DNA of 64,000 nucleotides from Rhodospirillaceae bacterium. Lineage in GTDB: Bacteria; Pseudomonadota; Alphaproteobacteria; GCA-2746255. Position numbers and translations under genes: made by a program. The stretch spans positions 2,404 through 66,403 of the forward strand of contig NVWO01000007.1 in the NCBI GenBank assembly GCA_002746255.1, written 5' to 3'. Below the pieces are notes generated by a model. The model was not told where the DNA came from. It worked only from the letters and a program-made list of their open reading frames with translations, and did not search any database. This document shows positions 58,370-64,000 of the stretch, piece by piece. Position 1 is the first letter of the stretch; every line of letters starts with the position of its first letter.

Positions 58370-59941
58370 ATGATCTATTTCGCAAAATGGAAAGTTGCTC
58401 TGATTCTCGGAATCTGCTTTTTTGGCGTCGTTTTTTCGATGCCAAACCTGTTCCGGGAAGAAACACTTGAGGCTATGCCAGACTGGCTGCCTCATAAGAA
58501 GATCAACCTTGGACTGGATTTGCAGGGCGGGTCGCATCTGCTTCTCGAAGTCGAGGTTGATGCCGTCATTCGCGAACGCCTCGAATCCATTGTCGATAGC
58601 GTGCGCGTGACCCTTCGCAAGGCACATGTCGGCTATAAAAATCTTGGTGTTGACGGGAATCGGGTTACCTTCCGTCTCGTTGAAAACGCTGACCTTTCGA
58701 AAGTCCGGGAACTGATTGAAAAACTGGATGCGGATACGGTTTTCTCGGAAGGTGACGGCCAGATAAGACTTACCTATACGGACAAAGCGCTTGCTGAGCG
58801 CAAGCGGCTTGCCGTCGAGCAGTCGATTGAGATCGTTCGCCGCCGCATTGATGAAACGGGCACGCGGGAGCCGACAATCCAGCGTCAGGGAACGGATCGT
58901 ATCCTCGTCCAGCTTCCAGGCGTGGAGGATCCGGAACGCATCAAGAAGCTTCTTGGCAAGACCGCCAAAATGAATTTTCACCTTGTTGATCTGACAACGA
59001 CAGTAGAGGAAGCGCGTGCCGGGCGCATTCCGCCGGGTTCCATGCTGTTGCCCTCCGATGATGTCGGTGCCGATGGTCGGCCCACCCCCTACGTTATCCG
59101 CAAGCGCGTGATGCTTGCGGGCGATACGCTGGTGGATGCGCAGCCAACCTTCGAAGATGCCCAGCCGGTTGTTTTCTTTAAATTTGATTCGCTGGGGGCT
59201 AGAAAATTCGGAGAAATCACAAAGAACAATATCGGCAAACCCTTTGCGATTGTCCTGGACGGCAAGGTGATCAGCGCACCGGTGATCCGTTCGGCGATTT
59301 TGGGGGGAAGCGGCATCATCAGCGGCAGCTTCACCGTGCAGCAAGTGCAGGATCTGGCGCTACTGCTGCGTGCCGGTGCGCTTCCAGCCCCTCTGACAAT
59401 TCTTGAGGAACGGACCGTTGGGCCCGGGCTTGGGGCCGATTCCATTCGCGCAGGCAAGATTGCCTGCATCCTCGGCCTTGTGCTTGTCCTTATCTTTATG
59501 GTGGGGATTTACGGGCGCTTCGGTTTAATGGCAGATGCGGCCCTTGTGGTAAACGTCATGCTGCTTGCAGCGGCGCTGTCGCTCTTGCAGGCGACGCTTA
59601 CCCTTCCCGGAATTGCGGGCATCGTGCTTACCATCGGGATGGCGGTGGACGCCAATGTGCTTATTTTCGAGCGGATTCGCGAAGAAGCCCGCGCCGGGCG
59701 TACGCCAATCTCGGCGATTGATTCCGGCTACCGGCGGGCGCTGACGACGATTATCGACTCGAATTTAACGACGTTTATTGCAGCGGTGCTTCTTTTTCTG
59801 TTTGGGTCCGGGCCTGTGAAAGGTTTTGCGGTCACCCTTTCCATCGGTCTTCTGACGTCAATGTTTACGGCAATGATGGTGACGCGGTTGATCATGGTGA
59901 CCTGGCTTCGGCGCACCAAGCCAACAAAATTGCCAATATAG
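58370..59941 (+). CDS. secD: protein translocase subunit SecD
   Basis: 523 aa. Confidence 0.9.
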   Translation: MIYFAKWKVALILGICFFGVVFSMPNLFREETLEAMPDWLPHKKINLGLDLQGGSHLLLEVEVDAVIRERLESIVDSVRVTLRKAHVGYKNLGVDGNRVTFRLVENADLSKVRELIEKLDADTVFSEGDGQIRLTYTDKALAERKRLAVEQSIEIVRRRIDETGTREPTIQRQGTDRILVQLPGVEDPERIKKLLGKTAKMNFHLVDLTTTVEEARAGRIPPGSMLLPSDDVGADGRPTPYVIRKRVMLAGDTLVDAQPTFEDAQPVVFFKFDSLGARKFGEITKNNIGKPFAIVLDGKVISAPVIRSAILGGSGIISGSFTVQQVQDLALLLRAGALPAPLTILEERTVGPGLGADSIRAGKIACILGLVLVLIFMVGIYGRFGLMADAALVVNVMLLAAALSLLQATLTLPGIAGIVLTIGMAVDANVLIFERIREEARAGRTPISAIDSGYRRALTTIIDSNLTTFIAAVLLFLFGSGPVKGFAVTLSIGLLTSMFTAMMVTRLIMVTWLRRTKPTKLPI

Positions 59942-59943
59942 GG

Positions 59944-60876
59944 ATGGGTATGTTTCGTCTTCTCCCCGATAAACCGAATTTCGAATTTCTTCGCTGGCGC
60001 CTGATTTTCTTTGCGCTGTCGGCGGTGCTGATGTTGGCCTCAATCACGGTCTATTTTGCCAAGGGGCTGAATTACGGAATCGATTTTGAAGGTGGCGTCC
60101 TTGTTGAAGTGCGCACACCAACACCTGCGGACCTTGGCAGCATGCGGGCGACGCTTGGTGATTTGGGGCTGGGCGAGGTTACGTTGCAGGAGTTTGGTAC
60201 GCCGACGGATGTGCTTATTCGTGTGCAGAAGCAGGAGGGGGGCGAAGCGGCCCAACAGCGCGCCGTTGAAGCTGTGCGCAATGCCCTTGGCAAGGACGTT
60301 GAATACCGGCGTGTCGAATTTGTAGGCCCGAAAGTTGGCAGCGAGCTTATTCGTGCCGGGGTTACGGCCGTTCTTCTGGCGATCGTTGCGATGCTGATTT
60401 ACATCTGGTTTCGCTTCGAGTGGCAATTCGGCATCGGTGCTGTTCTTGCGCTGAGCCATGATGTCCTGGCGACGATCGGGGTTTTTGCCTTCTTTCAGTT
60501 CGAATTTAACCTGTCGACGGTTGCTGCCATTCTTACGATTGCCGGTTATTCCATTAACGATACCGTCGTCGTTTACGATCGTGTCCGCGAGAATTTTCGA
60601 AAATACAAACGAATGCCTCTGGACCAGCTTTTCAACCGCAGTATTAATGAAACGCTTTCGCGCACGGTCAGGACCAGCGCGACGACGTTGCTGGCGCTGT
60701 TCGCATTGTATTTCTTCGGCGGTGAGGTGATTTCCGGGTTCAGCTTCGCCATGATTTTCGGCATCGTTGTCGGGACCTATTCATCCATTTGCATCGCGGT
60801 GCCGCTGCTTCTTTACATGAGCCTTGGCCGGGATGCTGGCATGGGCGGCAGAGAAACGGCTGAGGAGACGCCGTAA
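59944..60876 (+). CDS. secF: protein translocase subunit SecF
   Basis: 310 aa. Confidence 0.9.
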   Translation: MGMFRLLPDKPNFEFLRWRLIFFALSAVLMLASITVYFAKGLNYGIDFEGGVLVEVRTPTPADLGSMRATLGDLGLGEVTLQEFGTPTDVLIRVQKQEGGEAAQQRAVEAVRNALGKDVEYRRVEFVGPKVGSELIRAGVTAVLLAIVAMLIYIWFRFEWQFGIGAVLALSHDVLATIGVFAFFQFEFNLSTVAAILTIAGYSINDTVVVYDRVRENFRKYKRMPLDQLFNRSINETLSRTVRTSATTLLALFALYFFGGEVISGFSFAMIFGIVVGTYSSICIAVPLLLYMSLGRDAGMGGRETAEETP

Positions 60877-60888
60877 GGAGCCGACCTG

Positions 60889-61263
60889 GTGGATATTACG
60901 CCCCTGGTTCCTGGAAGCCTGAAGGTTGTTCAAGGCTATGGCGATTGCCGCTTTCGCATAAGTGGCAAGGTGCATGAAGGCAGCGTGCTGATCTTTCCCG
61001 AATTTGTGGTGAGCTGGGACGTGGTGGATGTTTCCACGACGGCCCTTATGGCATTGGTGCCGTTGGTTGCAGAGACAGAAATCGAGTTGCTGTTGCTTGG
61101 CACCGGCAAGACGGCCTTTTTCTTGGAAAAGACGTTGCGGCAGGCTTTCCGAGAACATGGCATCGCCCTTGAGGGGATGGACACCGGCGCGGCGTGCCGG
61201 ACCTACAACGTGTTGGCCACAGAGGGACGGCGCGTTGCTGCGGCGCTGATCGCCGTCGACTAA
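60889..61263 (+). CDS. Mth938-like domain protein (DUF498)
   Basis: 124 aa, immediately after secF. Confidence 0.6.
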   Translation: MDITPLVPGSLKVVQGYGDCRFRISGKVHEGSVLIFPEFVVSWDVVDVSTTALMALVPLVAETEIELLLLGTGKTAFFLEKTLRQAFREHGIALEGMDTGAACRTYNVLATEGRRVAAALIAVD

Positions 61264-61280
61264 AAAGCCAGACAAAAAAA

Positions 61281-61310
61281 ACGGGGCGCCGAAGCGCCCC
61301 GTTTGTATTC
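61281..61310. terminator. bidirectional intrinsic terminator: A8, hairpin ACGGGGCGC-CGAA-GCGCCCCGT, T-rich tail, between convergent genes
   Basis: Seen in sequence. Confidence 0.8.
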
Positions 61311-61327
61311 CCTGAAAAATAATCGCC

Positions 61328-61846
61328 TTAATAGAGATTCTGCGCCGCGACCATGGCGTAGAGCATTGGGATCGAAAGTGCGGTGTTGATCCGCGATGTC
61401 AGCATGGCGATTCGCGCCGAGGCTGCTTTCTCCTCGTCGCTTGCCGGCACGATGCCAATGGCCCGTTTCTGGTTTGGCCAGATGATGAACCAGACGTTGA
61501 AGGCCATGATCAGGCCCAGCCACATGCCGATGCCGATGGCGGTCTGCTGGACATTGCCGCTTTCCATGAGACCAAGCGTCATCGCGTCGTGGAGGTAGCC
61601 GCTACGCCCTGCCAGCATAAGTCCGAAGACAATGGTGGCCAGCGCGGACCAGCGAAACCAGAAAAGCGCTTTCGGTGCGATATGTTTTCCGATCGCGGGT
61701 TTCAATTCTGCCGGCAAACCCTTTGCAACGGGGATTTGGACAAAGTTGAAATACCACAGAAGACCGATCCACATAAAAGCGCTCAGTACGTGAAGATAGC
61801 GGACGAAGAAATCCACCCAAGAAGCGTTGAAATATTCCATTTCCAT
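61328..61846 (-). CDS. integral membrane protein of unknown function (4-5 TM, aromatic-rich)
   Basis: 172 aa hydrophobic ORF. Confidence 0.5.
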   Translation of the reverse strand: MEMEYFNASWVDFFVRYLHVLSAFMWIGLLWYFNFVQIPVAKGLPAELKPAIGKHIAPKALFWFRWSALATIVFGLMLAGRSGYLHDAMTLGLMESGNVQQTAIGIGMWLGLIMAFNVWFIIWPNQKRAIGIVPASDEEKAASARIAMLTSRINTALSIPMLYAMVAAQNLY

Positions 61847-61863
61847 CCTCTACGTGCTGGCTA

Positions 61864-61947
61864 GAGATTGTTGAGTGCGATGACCATCAGAACTGTTAGC
61901 ACGACCCCTAGAAGGACCGTTCCGGTAAGTGATTCGAGAATCTTCAT
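61864..61947 (-). CDS. 28-aa hydrophobic micro-ORF (MKILESLTGTVLLGVVLTVLMVIALNNL) immediately upstream of the membrane protein
   Basis: ATG...TAG read on the reverse strand; single predicted TM helix. Confidence 0.3.
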
Positions 61948-62060
61948 GTTTACATTCCCTCTCGACAAAAATCTGCCAGTCTTTGCAAATTAGAATTGTT
62001 CGAACTATAGCTCGTCGGGCCGGTGGCGAAAAGAAATTGTTGCCGACCTTGTTTTTCGCC

Positions 62061-62483
62061 TTATTCCTCGACGATTACCGTGATGACCTTTGAAACGATC
62101 GGCGGATCATGGGGGGTGTGGTTGTGATCGCCAAGCAGAAGTTGCAGGCGATGGACTCCTGGGGAGAGCGTGATCGCCGTTTCCGTTTGCCCACCACCGA
62201 AATGCCGGTGTTGCTCGTCCTTTGGAATGGACTGGTCAAGGGGCGGCAGGCCGGTGTCGATCAGAAGGTGGTGATGCCCGCTTTGGGTTTGCTCGATTCC
62301 GGCGGGAACGATTTGCACGCCTCGCGCTCCAAAGGTTATCTTGAACGTGCCTTTCACGGTGGTCCCGTCCGTCGGTGCGATAAAGAAGACCTCGCCAACG
62401 GATTCCTTTTGTGTTGGCATGGACATGACAACGATGGCGACGACCGCAGCAATCGCAGCAAGTATGATCAGGTTTCGCTGCAT
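62061..62483 (-). CDS. DUF4399-like periplasmic protein (signal anchor, His-rich GHHHLLID motif)
   Basis: 140 aa. Confidence 0.55.
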   Translation of the reverse strand: MQRNLIILAAIAAVVAIVVMSMPTQKESVGEVFFIAPTDGTTVKGTFKITFGARGVQIVPAGIEQTQSGHHHLLIDTGLPPLDQSIPKDEQHRHFGGGQTETAITLSPGVHRLQLLLGDHNHTPHDPPIVSKVITVIVEE

Positions 62484-62563
62484 GGCGAATATCTCCGTCT
62501 GGATGATTTGATCGTTTTTCAGTGGATGCTGGTTAGCCTAGAAAACTCATCACCTGCTGGCAA

Positions 62564-63418
62564 ATGGTAAAAGATAAAACCCTCTCCTATTGCGCGGTCC
62601 GGCTTCGCCAATTTGATCGCGACCGTTATCTTACCGCGCTTTTTGCACCACGAGAACGGCGCGACGCTCTCTTTGTTCTCTACGCCTTCAATCTTGAAAT
62701 TGCGCGCATCGCGGAAGCGACGACGGAACCCTTGATCGGCGAAATGCGGCTGCAATGGTGGCGGGACGTCATCGCTGACGCCTATGGGGGGAAGGTTCGA
62801 CATGGGGATGTTGTTGCCAAAAGCCTGGGAGAGGTGATTGCCGCCTATGGCTTGACGCGACGCCATTTCGACCGATTGCTGGAGGCGCGCGCCCTTGATG
62901 TGGAACGTCGTCCGCCAGCCTCTCTTGAAGAATTGAAGGTCTACGCAGAGGCAACGTCGGGTGGCCTGCAACGCCTTGCGCTTGAAATCCTAGGCGTTGG
63001 CGAACACTCAGGCGCCGCCCGGGCGGCATCGGCGATTGGCATTGCCTGGGCGTTGACTGGCCTGCTTCGTGCCGTGCCCTTTCATGGCCGCGCCGGGCGG
63101 CTTTACCTGCCTGGCGATCTGATCGCCGCCACCGGCATTGCACCCGACGCCCTTCCTCTGGGCCAATCGACCCCGGCGATGACGGCTGTTGCCAAAAGCC
63201 TTGCCGAGGCGGCACGTTCGGCGTTGCACCAGGCCAGGCAAAGGAAACGTGACATGCCGGGTGACGCGCTTCCGGCCTTGATGCTGGGGGCATTGGCCGA
63301 CCGTTACCTGGCCAGGATTGCAAAGGCGGGTTATGACCTTTTCGATCCCCGGGTGGCCGCGCCGCCGCCATTTCGCGAGGTGGGGCTTTGGCTGCGCGCG
63401 CGGAAAGGAAATTATTGA
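62564..63418 (+). CDS. squalene/phytoene synthase family protein (NDUFAF6-like)
   Basis: FVLYAFNLEIARIAE, RLQWWRD. Confidence 0.7.
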   Translation: MVKDKTLSYCAVRLRQFDRDRYLTALFAPRERRDALFVLYAFNLEIARIAEATTEPLIGEMRLQWWRDVIADAYGGKVRHGDVVAKSLGEVIAAYGLTRRHFDRLLEARALDVERRPPASLEELKVYAEATSGGLQRLALEILGVGEHSGAARAASAIGIAWALTGLLRAVPFHGRAGRLYLPGDLIAATGIAPDALPLGQSTPAMTAVAKSLAEAARSALHQARQRKRDMPGDALPALMLGALADRYLARIAKAGYDLFDPRVAAPPPFREVGLWLRARKGNY

Positions 63419-63422
63419 ACCC

Positions 63423-64000
63423 CTATTTGGTAGCGGGATGCGATGCGGCAAGCCAGCTGTCCAAATCGTTGAGCGCACGCTGGGACAGCGCGCTTCTGCG
63501 CTCTTTCTTTGGCATTTTTTCTTCAAGGGGTGGAAAAAGTCCGAAATTGATGTTCATCGGTTGGAAGGTCGCCGCTTCGGCACCGCCGGTAATGTGGTCA
63601 AGCAGCGCGCCCAGGGCCGTCGTCGGCGGTGGCGGCGGCGTTGACGTTGCCCCTTTCGCAGCCATGGCGGCAAAACGACCGGCGAGAAGGCCGATGGCGG
63701 CGCTTTCCACATAGCCTTCGACGCCTGTGATTTGTCCGGCAAAGCGTAAATGGGGTGCCTTTTTCAGCCGCAGGCTTTTATCCAGCAGCTTTGGACTGTT
63801 CAGGAAGGTGTTCCGGTGAAGCCCGCCAAGGCGTGCAAACTCGGCCTTTTCCAGGCCCGGGATTCTGCGAAAGATATCGACCTGCTCGCCATATTTGAGC
63901 TTCGTCTGGAAGCCGACAAGGTTGTAGAGAGTGCCAAGGGCGTTGTCCTGGCGCAATTGCACGACCGCATAGGGCTTTTCGTCGCAATGGGGATTTGTGA
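63423..64000 (-). CDS. trmFO: methylenetetrahydrofolate--tRNA-(uracil-5-)-methyltransferase TrmFO, C-terminal part (N-terminus beyond window end)
   Basis: [22 protein letters not shown]; the frame is open to the window end. Confidence 0.75.
   Translation of the reverse strand, partial: TNPHCDEKPYAVVQLRQDNALGTLYNLVGFQTKLKYGEQVDIFRRIPGLEKAEFARLGGLHRNTFLNSPKLLDKSLRLKKAPHLRFAGQITGVEGYVESAAIGLLAGRFAAMAAKGATSTPPPPPTTALGALLDHITGGAEAATFQPMNINFGLFPPLEEKMPKKERRSALSQRALNDLDSWLAASHPATK

Noticed and set aside
58076-59344. 422-aa minus-strand ORF
   Set aside because: Antisense to secD.
1-64000. CRISPR array inside the window
   Set aside because: No run of regularly spaced direct repeats was seen. The window is almost gap-free coding sequence; any array is expected left of position 1.

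Overview
High-GC (about 60%) alphaproteobacterial chromosomal segment, densely coding, mostly housekeeping. The standout is at the left edge: the minus strand from 3006 to beyond position 1 is one uninterrupted frame of at least 1002 codons encoding a type II-C-like Cas9 (RuvC-I GLDLGTNSLGWA, Arg-rich bridge helix, HNH EIDHILPFSR...NKTVS, RuvC-III DHRHHAIDA). The six-frame track does not show it because it runs off the window edge; the listed plus-strand ORFs over 109-2946 are antisense artefacts. cas1/cas2/CRISPR array, if present, lie off-window to the left. A strong plus-strand intrinsic terminator just upstream of cas9 may mark a divergent small RNA (tracrRNA candidate).

Remaining content, left to right:
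- a Zur-box-controlled divergent zinc locus: znuA-hisI-modA-exported protein on one side, an in-frame Zur::ZnuC fusion ORF plus znuB, a DUF2946-like protein and an outer-membrane protein on the other;
- sulfur amino-acid genes (metC, symporter, sseA, cysK-like), nudF, and biotin genes (bioD; bioB-bioA);
- a Tat-exported epoxide-hydrolase-like alpha/beta hydrolase, purU, and an acyl-CoA dehydrogenase/phosphotransferase/small-protein triad;
- an MDR oxidoreductase with a histone-H1-like basic tail;
- a split B12-dependent acyl-CoA mutase cluster (large subunit, MeaB-like G-protein, PaaK-like CoA ligase, B12-binding subunit, GntR regulator) whose substrate-specifying residues (Ile94, Asp121, Gln212) match 2-hydroxyisobutyryl-CoA mutase HcmA, next to a HACL/oxalyl-CoA-decarboxylase-family ThDP enzyme;
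- a small possibly decayed accessory patch (Sel1 protein, ArsR, disrupted SRPBCC gene) abutting tRNA-Asn and tRNA-Cys;
- a PIMT paralog, tolC and popZ, then valS, ilvD, xthA, erpA, dgt, argS, a SPOR protein with a 21-nt tandem repeat, nagZ, an M50 protease, scpAB, tatABC, serS, surE-pcm-nlpD, a DUF815 ATPase, yajC-secDF, an Mth938-like protein, small membrane proteins, an NDUFAF6-like squalene/phytoene synthase-family gene, and partial trmFO.

No CRISPR array, transposase or integrase is recognisable inside the window. Hand-derived coordinates may be off by 1-3 nt.
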